Positions 8,603-18,822 of a stretch of DNA of 64,000 nucleotides are shown one piece after another. The stretch is from a bacterium UBP13_UBA5359 (lineage in GTDB: Bacteria; UBP13; UBA5359). The position numbers were made by a program, and so were the translations under genes. The stretch is taken from the NCBI GenBank assembly GCA_002410925.1, contig DHPR01000011.1, forward strand, positions 11,676 through 75,675, given 5' to 3'. The stretch's first letter is position 1. Every line of letters starts with the position of its first letter. The notes beneath the pieces are model-generated. The model was given only the letters and a program-made list of their open reading frames with translations. It did not search any database and had not been told where the DNA came from.

Positions 8603-9775
8603 TCAGAGACGGGCTACATCGCTCTCCCTGGCTGCACGCGCCACAGCTTCTGCTACAGCCGGTCCTACGCGCCTGTCAAAGGCTTCAGGGATGATATAGT
8701 CGGGCTTCAGATCCTCCGGCTTTACCAGAGCGGCTATGGCTTCCGAGGCGGCCATCTTCATGGCATGGTTTATCTCCCTGGCTCTGACATCCAAAGCGCC
8801 GCGAAAGATACCCGGAAAAGCCAACACATTATTGATCTGGTTTGGATAATCAGAGCGCCCGGTGCCTATTACTGAAGCCCCGGCAGACTGGGCTTCTTCC
8901 GGTGTTATCTCCGGTACCGGGTTAGCCATAGCAAAGATAATGGGGTCGTCGGCCATACGCCTGATCATATCCGGCTTCAGAACTCCGGCTACAGAGACTC
9001 CGATAAAGAGGTCCATGCCCTCGATGATCTCCTCCAGATTTCCTTTTAGGCCCTCTCTATTGGTCTCCCCGGCCAGCTTCTCCTTGAAGCTATTGTTGCC
9101 GGAGCGTCCTGTATAGAGAGCTCCCCTGGTATCGCATATCACTATGTCATGAACTCCGGACGCCAATAGGTAACGTGAAATAGCTGTACCGGCCGCCCCC
9201 GCGCCATTCATTAAAACTCGTAAATCCCCCATCTCCTTGCCGGTTATCTTCAAGGCATTGATAAGTCCGGCCAGCACTACTACAGCTGTGCCGTGCTGGT
9301 CATCGTGAAAAACAGGAATATCCAATCGTTTTTTAAGCTCATCCTCTATATAAAAACACTCCGGAGCCGCTATATCTTCGAGATTTATGCCTCCAAAAGT
9401 AGGAGCTATGGCTTCAACAGTTTCGACGATGGAATCCGGATTTCCGGCATTAAGGCATATCGGAAAGGCATCCACATTGCCGAAAGTTTTGAAGAGCACT
9501 GCTTTACCTTCCATGACCGGCATACCGGCCTCCGCACCTATCTTTCCCAGACCCAGCACCGCCGTGCCATCCGTAACCACCGCCACCAGATTCCCTCTGG
9601 CCGTATAATCCCAGACTCTATCCGGATGGTGGTAGATTTCCATACAGGCGTCAGCTACACCCGGCGTATATGCCAGACTCAGATCATAATTATTCTCTAC
9701 CGGAACCTTGCTGATAACCTCTATCTTTCCTTTGTGCTCCAGATGCAGCTTCAGAGCTTCTTCCCTTATTCCCAT
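8603..9775 (-). CDS. NAD(P)-dependent malic enzyme (short, ~390-aa type)
   Basis: The N-terminus REEALKLHLEHKGKIEV...LSLAYTPGVA and the Rossmann motif NGAGAAGTAI are both present. Confidence 0.85.
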   Translation of the reverse strand: MGIREEALKLHLEHKGKIEVISKVPVENNYDLSLAYTPGVADACMEIYHHPDRVWDYTARGNLVAVVTDGTAVLGLGKIGAEAGMPVMEGKAVLFKTFGNVDAFPICLNAGNPDSIVETVEAIAPTFGGINLEDIAAPECFYIEDELKKRLDIPVFHDDQHGTAVVVLAGLINALKITGKEMGDLRVLMNGAGAAGTAISRYLLASGVHDIVICDTRGALYTGRSGNNSFKEKLAGETNREGLKGNLEEIIEGMDLFIGVSVAGVLKPDMIRRMADDPIIFAMANPVPEITPEEAQSAGASVIGTGRSDYPNQINNVLAFPGIFRGALDVRAREINHAMKMAASEAIAALVKPEDLKPDYIIPEAFDRRVGPAVAEAVARAARESDVARL

Positions 9776-12700
9776 TCGTCTTTCTCCCTTCCAGCCAAAC
9801 AGCGCCGTCCGGCAACAATTGCTTCAATTTTTTCACAACAATCTGCTTATCAGTTACCTTATAAGCATCGCCAAGAGCTATCGTAACCGATTCTCCATTC
9901 TGCAGATGCAAGTAGACTGCTATCGTCCCGGGATAAAGCGCCAGCACTTCTTTGATACCGGCCAGCATTTCTTGAGTGGCATTGCGCCCAGGTCTGATAT
10001 GCAAATCGGGCATCATCCCGGCTAACGTTTCCGTCAGCGGCGAGACCTCCTCGCATATTATCTTGATCTCCTCGACCTCTTCTTCCTCTATCTCTGTGCC
10101 ACCTTTTCTGGATGTCTTTCGACTTATCTTTCCTCTGGCTACCAGAACAGCATCCTTGTTAAGGCAGGAACGGCATTTCTCATAGGCCTCAGAGAAGACT
10201 ATAAGCTCCAGCTTTCCGGTGAGATCCTCCATCTGAACAAAGGCCATAGCTTTATTGTTACGAGTGATAATAGGCTTGACGGAAGAGACCATACCCACAA
10301 CGGTGACTTCATCCTTATCCTGGAACATATCAAGACTCTCAACATTTAACGAAGTTATTCTCTTTATCTCATCCTGAAGATGACGCAATGGATGATCGGA
10401 TACATAGAGGCCCAGCATATCTCGCTCCATATCAAGCATTACATTATGCTCAAGTTCAGGAATATGGGGCATCTCTGGCTTGATGGCATCCCGAGTTGTA
10501 TCTTCGCCTAGAAGATCGAATAGGGATGTCTGGCCTGATTGAGCCTCCTGTTGGCGCCGCTGCCCGTAATCCATAGCTGTATCGGCAACTGCTAACAATT
10601 GCCCCCTGTGGCCTTCCAGGCAATCGCAGGCGCCGCAACGAATAAGGCTTTCCAACACCTGCTTGTTCAGCGACCTGCCGTCCACTCTGCAACAAAGATC
10701 AAAGATATCGCTGAAAGCCCCCTGCCGGCGCGCCTCCACAATAGCATCAACCGAGCCTCGCCCGACATTCTTTACCGCCCCCAGTCCAAAGCGTATACCT
10801 CCCTTTTCTACGCTGAAACCCCAGTTACTGCAGTTAATATCCGGCGGCAAGATTTCCAGACTCAAACGGCGGCTCTCTTCAATATACAGGGAAAGCTTGT
10901 CATCACTGCCCATTTCACTGGATAGCAAGGCAGCCATAAACTCTACCGGATAGTGGCATTTCAAATAAGCCGTCTGATAGGTAATAATACCATAAGCGGT
11001 GGAATGGCTTTTGTTAAAGCCATATTCGGCAAAAAAGGCAATCTGATCAAAAATGGCATTGGCCGTGTTGCCGTCAATGCCTCTCTTCCGACAGCCGCTT
11101 ATGAAGATATCTCTCTGCTTATCCATGACCTGAAAGTTCTTCTTGGCCATAGCCCGGCGCAACAAGTCAGCCTGTCCCAGCGAGAAGCCGGCCAGCTCAT
11201 TAGCTATCTGCATAACCTGCTCTTGATAAACTATAACGCCATAGGTCTCTTTAAGTATCGGCTCCAGCATGGGGTGGAGATATTCTACCGGCTGCTCGCC
11301 TCTCTTTCTGGCGGCAAAAAGTGGCGTGCCGCTACCCAGCGGACCTGGGCGATAAAGGGCTATCAAAGCAATAATATCATCTATGCAGTCCGGCCTGATC
11401 TCTCGACAGAGATTCCTCATGCCGGCACTTTCCATCTGGAACAGACCGATACATTGGCCTTCTGAGATAGCGGCATAAACGGCAGCATCATCAAGCGGCA
11501 AATTATCCAGGTCTATGCTCTCTCCACTTGCTTCCATAATTAAATCCAGAGCATCGTTGATAACCGTCAATGTTCTAAGCCCTAGAAAATCCATCTTCAG
11601 CAGACCTATCTTCTTTAAGGCATCCATGGAATATTGAGTGGTGACGTCGCTCTCCCCCAGACGCTGCAGCGGCGCATAATTCGATAAAGGCTCATTGGCG
11701 ATAACTACTCCAGCAGCATGAGTAGAAGCATGCCGGCTCAAACCTTCCAGCGCTATGGCAGCGTCTATCAGATCTCGTCCGATGGGATTGGTATTGTAGT
11801 AATCCCTCAGCTCGGGCGAAAGCTCCAATGCAGCCTTTAAAGTCTCTCCAAAGGGAATCATCTTAGCAACGCGATCCACATCTGCGTAAGGAATATCCAT
11901 TGCCCGGCCTACATCCCTGACGGCAGCCCGGGCCTTCATTGTCCCAAAAGTGATTATTTGAGCAACTTTCTCTTGACCGTATTTCCCCGTCACATATTGA
12001 ATAACTTCGTCACGTCTTTCATAACAGAAATCGGTGTCTATATCGGGCATATCTACTCTTTCAGGATTGAGCATACGCTCGAAAAGCAGGTTATAACGCA
12101 GAGGATCGATATTAGTTATTCCCAAAGAATAAGCTACCAGGCTGCCACCGGCAGAACCTCGTCCAGGCCCCACGGCTATGCCCTGCTCTCTGGCATACCT
12201 GATAAAATCCCAGACTATCAAAAAGTAAGAAGGAAAGCCCATCCGGGAGATAACGGATAACTCATACTCCAGGCGTTCCTGCACCTCCGATGTCATGGGA
12301 TTATAGCGCTCTTTCAATCCCTCCAGACAAAGCCGGCGCAGATACTCCTCCTGGGAGACACCATCAGGCGTATCATATTGAGGCAGATGGATGCTCTTCA
12401 TATCCATATTAAAATTACATTTCTCGGCTATTTCAAGAGTGTTCGATAACGCTCCGGGAATCTCTCCAAAGAGATCAGCCATCTCGCCGGCCGATTTGAA
12501 ATAAAATTCCTGAGTACCGAATCGCAGCCTGCCGGGATCGTTGACCGTCTTCCCTGTCTGTATACAGAGCAGGATATCGTGCGCTCCTGCATCCTCTAAA
12601 CGAGTATAATGGCTGTCATTTGCTGCCACCATCGGTATAGCTAAGCGCCTTGATAGTTCAATCAGTCCGGGCAGAACCTTGCGTTCCTCAGCCAGATTAT

Positions 12701-13286
12701 GATCGTGAAGTTCCAGATAGAAGTCCTCGCCAAAGAGATCATGATAAAAGCCGGCCACCGTAGCGGCCTGATCGACATTATCCTGTAGCAGTAACTCAGG
12801 AATCTCTCCAGCCAGGCAGGCACTGGCAGCTACCAGGCCCTTGCAATGTTGTGACAACAAGTCCTTGTCTATGCGCGGCTTATAATAAAAACCTTCCAGC
12901 CAGCCGACGGAAACTAATTTTATAAGATTGCGGTATCCCTCATCGTCCTTAGCCAGCAACAATAAATGATGGTTGGCGGCATCCAGGCCGGGGGATTTAT
13001 CATGACGCGAACGCGGCGCGACATAGACTTCGCACCCTATAATAGGTTTAATGCCGACATCCTTGCAGGCCTTATAGAAATCCACCGCTCCATACATGCT
13101 GCCGTGATCCGTAAGCGCCAGGGCAGGCATTTTAAATTCAGCCGCCCGAGCAGCCAGATCCTTAAGCCGGCTGGCTCCATCCAGAAGTGAATATTCGCTG
13201 TGACAATGCAGATGCACAAACTGAGAGGGAGCCCTCAAGCTCCCCTCCACGCTATGCGAATTAATAGCCTTACTCTTGCTGCTCAT
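9690..13286 (-). CDS. dnaE: DNA polymerase III alpha subunit
   Basis: The PHP N-terminus FVHLHCHSEYSLLDGA is present and the protein is 1198 aa with a typical DnaE core throughout. The C-terminal 28 codons overlap the malic enzyme start. Confidence 0.95.
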   Translation of the reverse strand: MSSKSKAINSHSVEGSLRAPSQFVHLHCHSEYSLLDGASRLKDLAARAAEFKMPALALTDHGSMYGAVDFYKACKDVGIKPIIGCEVYVAPRSRHDKSPGLDAANHHLLLLAKDDEGYRNLIKLVSVGWLEGFYYKPRIDKDLLSQHCKGLVAASACLAGEIPELLLQDNVDQAATVAGFYHDLFGEDFYLELHDHNLAEERKVLPGLIELSRRLAIPMVAANDSHYTRLEDAGAHDILLCIQTGKTVNDPGRLRFGTQEFYFKSAGEMADLFGEIPGALSNTLEIAEKCNFNMDMKSIHLPQYDTPDGVSQEEYLRRLCLEGLKERYNPMTSEVQERLEYELSVISRMGFPSYFLIVWDFIRYAREQGIAVGPGRGSAGGSLVAYSLGITNIDPLRYNLLFERMLNPERVDMPDIDTDFCYERRDEVIQYVTGKYGQEKVAQIITFGTMKARAAVRDVGRAMDIPYADVDRVAKMIPFGETLKAALELSPELRDYYNTNPIGRDLIDAAIALEGLSRHASTHAAGVVIANEPLSNYAPLQRLGESDVTTQYSMDALKKIGLLKMDFLGLRTLTVINDALDLIMEASGESIDLDNLPLDDAAVYAAISEGQCIGLFQMESAGMRNLCREIRPDCIDDIIALIALYRPGPLGSGTPLFAARKRGEQPVEYLHPMLEPILKETYGVIVYQEQVMQIANELAGFSLGQADLLRRAMAKKNFQVMDKQRDIFISGCRKRGIDGNTANAIFDQIAFFAEYGFNKSHSTAYGIITYQTAYLKCHYPVEFMAALLSSEMGSDDKLSLYIEESRRLSLEILPPDINCSNWGFSVEKGGIRFGLGAVKNVGRGSVDAIVEARRQGAFSDIFDLCCRVDGRSLNKQVLESLIRCGACDCLEGHRGQLLAVADTAMDYGQRRQQEAQSGQTSLFDLLGEDTTRDAIKPEMPHIPELEHNVMLDMERDMLGLYVSDHPLRHLQDEIKRITSLNVESLDMFQDKDEVTVVGMVSSVKPIITRNNKAMAFVQMEDLTGKLELIVFSEAYEKCRSCLNKDAVLVARGKISRKTSRKGGTEIEEEEVEEIKIICEEVSPLTETLAGMMPDLHIRPGRNATQEMLAGIKEVLALYPGTIAVYLHLQNGESVTIALGDAYKVTDKQIVVKKLKQLLPDGAVWLEGRKTNGNKGRSSEAASGAQRKDRGYQQGSGRE

Positions 13287-13450
13287 ATAGATAATAATAC
13301 TGTTGTTTTAGCGATAGGGCAAGCCCCCGGTTGTCCTTGAATATATACCATTAATGGTGTAGATTATGGATAACTATATAAAATATGTTATTACATTCGG
13401 TATTTTAGGTATAACTATTACAGCTATTTTGATAAGGTGGCAGCTAGCGC

Positions 13451-14353
13451 ATGAAGCTTCAAAGGTTAACGGATCAACCTATTCTCACCCCTAACCCGTC
13501 CCATACCTGGGAGGCCGCAGCTGTTTTTAATGCCGCTGTGGCCAAAGATAACGATCTTATACACATGCTGTACCGAGCAACAGATAAGGCCTGCAAGGCC
13601 TTCAGTTGCGAGGAAAAATATGTTTCCAGCATCGGTTACGCCGTCAGCCATGACGGCATCAGTTTTTACCGTTTTGATAAACCGGTTTTTCAAGGCGGTG
13701 GACCGGAGGAAGCCTGGGGATGCGAGGACCCGCGCATCACACAGATAGGTGATGAGTTTTACATGGTCTATACCGCTTTCGGCGGCTTTGCCTCTCATGA
13801 TAATTTCCGCCTGGCTATGGCCAGTACAAGAAACTTCGTGCAGTGGGAGCGCAAAGGTATCGTCCTGGATGAGGCCAATAAGGACGGAGCGCTCTTTCCA
13901 GAAAAGATCAGCGGCAAATATTTCATGTTGCATCGGCGTCCTCCTGCCATATGGCTGGCCGATTCCGGCACTCTGAGCAATTGGGGCAATCATCGTAAAA
14001 TTATCGATGTCCAACCGAACACCTGGATGTCGTCCCGTATAGGTGCCGGCGCTCCGCCGATAAAGATCGATCAGGGCTGGCTGATCATCTTTCACGGCGT
14101 AGATGAGGACAATATCTACCGTCTTGGAGCGGCCCTGCTTGATGCAAATGATCTCGGCAACGTTCTGGCTATCTATCCTGAGCCTATCCTGGAACCGGAG
14201 CTGCCGTGGGAGAAGGAAGGCTTTGTTCCCAACGTAGTCTTTAGTTGCGGTGCCGCCGATATGGGAGACGAATACTACGTTTATTACGGCGCAGCCGATA
14301 CCGTTATCGGCGTAGCCTCCCTCAAAAAGGCAAATATTGATTTCGGGATATAA
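13451..14353 (+). CDS. GH130-family glycosidase/phosphorylase (beta-mannoside type, DUF377-like)
   Basis: The sequence pattern PILTPNPSHTWEAAAVFNAAV...EDPRI...FYMVYTAF...GAGAPP...W..IFHGV...YR.GAALLD...YYGAADT is characteristic of GH130. Confidence 0.8.
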   Translation: MKLQRLTDQPILTPNPSHTWEAAAVFNAAVAKDNDLIHMLYRATDKACKAFSCEEKYVSSIGYAVSHDGISFYRFDKPVFQGGGPEEAWGCEDPRITQIGDEFYMVYTAFGGFASHDNFRLAMASTRNFVQWERKGIVLDEANKDGALFPEKISGKYFMLHRRPPAIWLADSGTLSNWGNHRKIIDVQPNTWMSSRIGAGAPPIKIDQGWLIIFHGVDEDNIYRLGAALLDANDLGNVLAIYPEPILEPELPWEKEGFVPNVVFSCGAADMGDEYYVYYGAADTVIGVASLKKANIDFGI

Positions 14354-14358
14354 TCTGC

Positions 14359-14874
14359 TTATAAAACCCTGTTGAGCATAGCGATAGCCCAGTTGAGGTA
14401 AAAGGCAAAGCTCACCCATAGAATGTACGGCAGCAACAGCAGGCCGGCCACCCGGTTCAGGCGCCAAAATATGACTACGGCTGCCAGGGTGCTGAGCCAT
14501 AGCAGGATCATCTCCAGCAGCGCCCCGGTTATAGAGTGCTGCATAAAGAAAATATACGTCCACAGCATATTGAGCAGCAGATTTATGCCCAGTATCTCCA
14601 TAGCCACAACATTATCACCGCCGCGGGGGCGCATATTCCAAGCTAGAATTCCGGCCATGGCCGTAAGGGTAAAGAGTATTGTCCACACGGTGCCGATGAC
14701 GCTGCCCAAGGGAGTCCAGGCCGGCTTGGCGATATTCTGGTACCACCCGGGCATACCGACAGCCGTGAACAGTGAGCCGATAGCGGCAGTGCCGTAAACA
14801 AAGGCTGCGATGATCAGTGCGGACAACCAGGATATTCGCAGGTATCGAGCCATAACGCCACACTCCTTTGTCAC
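14359..14874 (-). CDS. tspO: TspO/MBR family tryptophan-rich sensory protein
   Basis: Five predicted TM helices are present. The motifs WYQNIAKPAWTP and W-rich loops are typical of TspO. Confidence 0.8.
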   Translation of the reverse strand: MTKECGVMARYLRISWLSALIIAAFVYGTAAIGSLFTAVGMPGWYQNIAKPAWTPLGSVIGTVWTILFTLTAMAGILAWNMRPRGGDNVVAMEILGINLLLNMLWTYIFFMQHSITGALLEMILLWLSTLAAVVIFWRLNRVAGLLLLPYILWVSFAFYLNWAIAMLNRVL

Positions 14875-14921
14875 CCGTCTGCCATCAGTATACCCGTACG
14901 GCCTTTCCCAAAACGTATATC

Positions 14922-16442
14922 TTAGCCGAAGAGTTCCAAATGGTGCTTCATATGCGTCGCCAGAATCTCATAATGCTTCTCTTCATGCCGGCGCAGAACA
15001 TCTCTAAGGCTATCGCGAAAGAGCAGTTTGCCATCCGGCTTAACGGCGGTCAGAACTGAACCGAAGGTAACGTGCAGCATCTGGCGAATATCAAAGTGAT
15101 CCAATAACTCCGGTAAATCGGCGTCGCTCAGGACGGATATATCCGGCACGCGCTCCATGGAGGCGGAAACATGATAAGTTGCCTTATCCATTTCATAACG
15201 CTGGCGGGCAAAGACGAATATCTCGCGGAAGAGAGCCGGAGCATAGGCAGCTATCACCCTTACAGCCTCCAAATAACTGGTGCCGGCCGTTTTGAGATGA
15301 ACGAGCTGTCCGGTATATCGGGCTACCGCAGGATAGATGGAGAACTTATCGCTGCCGGAGTGCAAACTGATCTTATATCCGCCAAAAAGCTTGGCAATAG
15401 CAGCATGCTCGGCAAAACGGGCTTCAAATTCCGACAGATCGCCAATATAATCTACGCCTTTCTCGAACCTGCCTGTAAAGCGTGGCGCCAAACTGACCCA
15501 TTTCACCCCCAGACGCTTCAGCTCGGAAGCGATAAAGATATGCTCCAACGCGGTAGTGGGAGTTTCCGTTTCGTCCACGGAGACTTCCAGTTCATATGGC
15601 CTACCGGCCGCCGCTTCTCCTAGATGCCGGTACATACCGGCCGTATGCAGCACTGCATCAGAGTATTTGACCGCTGCCTTAAGCAGAGTATGGTGATCGA
15701 AACTTAACATTGATTGCCCCAAGTCAAACTGCCTGTCTTCGTAGATGAATATCATTTCATCAGCTGTAATCCCCAAATCAGCAAAGGATAACTTCTGGAA
15801 GCGTGCCTCCAATTCGGCATCGTTATAGCCATCGGCCGCATTATCCACATGGTCGCCCGGATCAACAGTGAAGAGAGTAAAGCCTGCCGCCAGGCAACTA
15901 TCTATATCTTTCGGTTGCTTCAGATGATCAGCATCCGAGCCATAGCCATCGGTATATCCTTCCTGCATTACGCCCCAGGTTGCATCATCCATGACATCTT
16001 CCGGTGTACGTCCGGTCCGTTCCATTTCACGAATTGATTGCTGAGCCAGAAAGGGAATAAATCCGCTGCCGCAAGCCGCCCTGATATGGCCGGGCGTGGC
16101 CAGTCCCAGGCGATCTCCACAGCCCACGCTCCCGGACAGACCCACCAACCGAGGTGCCGTAAAGGGAAGCGCCTTACGTAACGCAACGGCATTGCCATGG
16201 GTCAGAGGGCAAATTTTGATAACTATATCTTCACCGCGAACTACGTTACCTTCAAAATCAGGCGAGAGCTCGCAACCACAACCGCATATGGTAGCGATTA
16301 ATAAATATTTATCAAGATCCTTGCGTCCCATGGCCCAGATCAGACCGCCGGCCTCCGTTACGGAGGCCGGATATATATCCATATCCGCAACTGCAGCCAG
16401 CGATGCCTGATGCTTTTTAGAGTTTGTTACATCTGTGCTCAC
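14922..16442 (-). CDS. uxaE: Tagaturonate/fructuronate epimerase
   Basis: The blocks GDRLGLATPGHIRA, FLAQQSIREMERTGRTPEDVMDDATWGV, SVDETETPTT, ISLHSGSDKFS and HLKTAGTSYLEA match the UxaE family as I recall it. Confidence 0.7.
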   Translation of the reverse strand: MSTDVTNSKKHQASLAAVADMDIYPASVTEAGGLIWAMGRKDLDKYLLIATICGCGCELSPDFEGNVVRGEDIVIKICPLTHGNAVALRKALPFTAPRLVGLSGSVGCGDRLGLATPGHIRAACGSGFIPFLAQQSIREMERTGRTPEDVMDDATWGVMQEGYTDGYGSDADHLKQPKDIDSCLAAGFTLFTVDPGDHVDNAADGYNDAELEARFQKLSFADLGITADEMIFIYEDRQFDLGQSMLSFDHHTLLKAAVKYSDAVLHTAGMYRHLGEAAAGRPYELEVSVDETETPTTALEHIFIASELKRLGVKWVSLAPRFTGRFEKGVDYIGDLSEFEARFAEHAAIAKLFGGYKISLHSGSDKFSIYPAVARYTGQLVHLKTAGTSYLEAVRVIAAYAPALFREIFVFARQRYEMDKATYHVSASMERVPDISVLSDADLPELLDHFDIRQMLHVTFGSVLTAVKPDGKLLFRDSLRDVLRRHEEKHYEILATHMKHHLELFG

Positions 16443-16489
16443 ACTTTTTACCTCATTCCTTGAGAAATCACTAATCCTTTTTACTTGTT

Positions 16490-17899
16490 CTATCCGGGAG
16501 TCTCCTTATCCTGCCTGTCGAAAAAGGATATCTCTGCCAGCTTGCCTATGGCTGTCTTTCCCATTCGACCGGCCATGCCTATCGAGGCCAAATCTCCTTC
16601 CCAATTTATACGTTTTTTCAACGCCATAGCTGTTATTATCAGCAGAACATCCGCCAGGAACAGGATACTATAAGACGAAATACCGCTATGCAGAATGCTT
16701 GCATTATTATTCATAAAGAGTATTGCCTTGCCTCCGATAATCGGACCCAGACCCAGAGCTGTTCCGCCGGCTATAAATGCGGCTATGACGTAGGAAGCAC
16801 CGTTGATGCGCGGCGCAATCCGCATGCTGTAGCTGATCTGTCCCAGATTAATGCCGGCAACAGCAGCTCCACGGAGCAGGCTTATCAGCGCTGCTGAAAA
16901 GATCAATGCCGCCCCCTCTCCATAAATAACGGCCCAGGCTAATGTCGTCACTCCAAGAAGAAAGGCTGATAATCCAAAGACACTGCGTTGGCCGTACCTG
17001 TCCGATATCTTTCCCCAGAGTATGAGCGTAACAACAGCTCCGGCGGCCTCCATAGCAGAGATAACGGCCACCACTCCGGATGGCAGCTTAAGATAACTCT
17101 TCATGTAAACTACAATAAATGGTGTTACGAAACCTACAGCAAAAAAGAGCATCATGGAAAAGAGAAGATAGCGCCTGTAATTACGATCCTGCAGCGGCGT
17201 GATCAAAGCCTGTGCCAGGCTGATTTCCCCGGCTTCAGGATTGGCCTTTCGTTCGGGTACGCGTGAAATAAAAAACTGCCTGATGGCCGCCGCCACAAAA
17301 CCGATAGCAAAAACAACTGAAAACCTGGTCATAGAAGGCTCACTGCCCAGATATATGCCTGTAAGAATAAGATAGAGTGTGCCGGCTATCTGCCAGGCTG
17401 TTCTCATTCGGGCGAAGAAGCGCCCGGTTATTGCCTCCGGAACAGAATCCCTGATCAGCGGGAACCATCCGGCCTGGCCCAGGTTGCCGAACATAGCAGC
17501 GGCAGCAGTGACCAGCAGCAATGTATTTATAGCCTGAGCGCTGCCTAAATAATGATAGATTAAAGGTATTAATGGGAAGGCAAAGGCACAAAGCGCCTGC
17601 AAACCATAAAACGGCAGTACATAACGTCGCTTGCCATCTCTCTCAAGAGCATTCGCCAGAAAAAGCTGTACTATGGCAAAGAGAGAAACAAAAGAGTTCA
17701 TCAGACCCACTTTATCCGGAGGCATGCCTATTCTGACAGCAAAGAGATTGAGAACCGTGGCATTTACTGAATAAAAGTATATTATACTAAAAACCGAGGT
17801 GATGGTGATATTGCGCTGCCCGCGTCGTTGCTGCGCTTTTGTCAATTGATCCTTTAGGTTATAGTTATCGGAATTCAAGGAGGATCCCGTCCCAATCAT
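16490..17899 (-). CDS. MFS transporter
   Basis: The protein is 469 aa and mostly hydrophobic with about 12 helices. The start codon is uncertain: the ATG lies 12 nt after the rnpB 3' end and has no obvious SD. Confidence 0.75.
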   Translation of the reverse strand: MIGTGSSLNSDNYNLKDQLTKAQQRRGQRNITITSVFSIIYFYSVNATVLNLFAVRIGMPPDKVGLMNSFVSLFAIVQLFLANALERDGKRRYVLPFYGLQALCAFAFPLIPLIYHYLGSAQAINTLLLVTAAAAMFGNLGQAGWFPLIRDSVPEAITGRFFARMRTAWQIAGTLYLILTGIYLGSEPSMTRFSVVFAIGFVAAAIRQFFISRVPERKANPEAGEISLAQALITPLQDRNYRRYLLFSMMLFFAVGFVTPFIVVYMKSYLKLPSGVVAVISAMEAAGAVVTLILWGKISDRYGQRSVFGLSAFLLGVTTLAWAVIYGEGAALIFSAALISLLRGAAVAGINLGQISYSMRIAPRINGASYVIAAFIAGGTALGLGPIIGGKAILFMNNNASILHSGISSYSILFLADVLLIITAMALKKRINWEGDLASIGMAGRMGKTAIGKLAEISFFDRQDKETPG

Positions 17900-17911
17900 A
17901 TCTCAAAAAGT

Positions 17912-18348
17912 GAGAGCAGACCTGTAAGCCGGGTTCTGTATCCCTTGCGAGACAGTGGTCATCTATCTGGGACGATAGTTACCTATCGCCTCGTCGGCCT
18001 TTCCGCCTTGAACCTTGCAGTTCTCAGCGACACGATAGCCGGTAGCGATCATACCCGAGAGTCCGGCGGGCCACCGCTATCCGCCTGAGCGGATTCTCTC
18101 CTATTTGATCTTGCTCCAGGTGGGGTTTACCAAGCCGAATGGTCACCCATTCGCTGGTGCGCTCTTACCGACACCTTTTCACCCTTACCGCCTTCGGGGC
18201 CATTCCTGACCCCTGAGAGACGGCGGTTTGTTTTCTGTGGCACTTTCCCTGGGGTCGCCCCCGCTGGAGGTTATCCAGCACCCTGCCCTGTGGAGCCCGG
18301 ACTTTCCTCGAACGACATCAGCCGTCCGCGACCACCCGATCTGCTCTC
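17912..18348 (-). ncRNA. rnpB: RNase P RNA, bacterial type A
   Basis: The reverse strand contains GAGGAAAGTCCGGGCTCCACAGGGCAGGGTGCTGGATAAC, GGGAAAGTGCCACAGAAA, GGTAAGGGTGAAAAGGTG, GGTAAACCCCACCTGGAGCAAG and ACAGAACCCGGCTTA. The P1 helix pairs GAGAGCAG with CTGCTCTC. Confidence 0.9.
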
Positions 18349-18354
18349 ATAGTT

Positions 18355-18383
18355 ATTATACCCGAATCAACGTATGATCACAA
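18355..18383 (-). promoter_or_regulatory. Candidate rnpB promoter (TTGTGA - 17 nt - TATAAT)
   Basis: The perfect -10 box ends 7 nt before the predicted P1 5' end (18348). The -35 box abuts the rnhA stop codon. Confidence 0.5.
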
Positions 18384-18797
18384 TCAGCAATGGGCCAGAG
18401 CCTTATCCACAGCACGGTTGACGAGTTTATCCGCCCAACGGTTTTTAGCACGAGGAATATGAGTGAAGGATATCAAGAAAAACCGTTGGGTGATTCTCAT
18501 CGCCTCCTGATAAAGAGGTATCAGTCCCTCATTCCTTACCTTATACTCTCCCTTGAGCTGACGCACCATCAATTCGCTATCGGAATAGACCTCCAATCTA
18601 TCTATTCCCTGCGCCAGCGCCCACTCTAAACCCAGAAGCAAAGCACGATACTCAGCCACATTATTAGTAGCTTCGCCAATATATCGACCCTCTTCCGCCA
18701 GCAAATTGTCGTCGCTGTCCAGAAGCACAAACCCTATGCCGGCAGGACCGGGGTTGCCCCTGGCTCCACCGTCCGTATATAGTTTTGCTTCCCCCAT
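18384..18797 (-). CDS. rnhA: Ribonuclease HI-family protein
   Basis: The motifs YTDGGARGNPGPAG, NNVAEYRALL and VYSDSELMV (the DEDD catalytic pattern) are present. Confidence 0.8.
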   Translation of the reverse strand: MGEAKLYTDGGARGNPGPAGIGFVLLDSDDNLLAEEGRYIGEATNNVAEYRALLLGLEWALAQGIDRLEVYSDSELMVRQLKGEYKVRNEGLIPLYQEAMRITQRFFLISFTHIPRAKNRWADKLVNRAVDKALAHC

Positions 18798-18822
18798 CCA
18801 AGCTGCTCCTTCAATTGGCTTG

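Noticed and set aside
13466-14563. 365-aa ORF on the minus strand spanning the GH130 gene and part of tspO
   Set aside because: It is antisense to two ORFs with clear family signatures. Its sequence is low-complexity (Ala/Gly/Arg/Ile-rich) with no recognisable motif. Long antisense ORFs of this kind are expected at this base composition.
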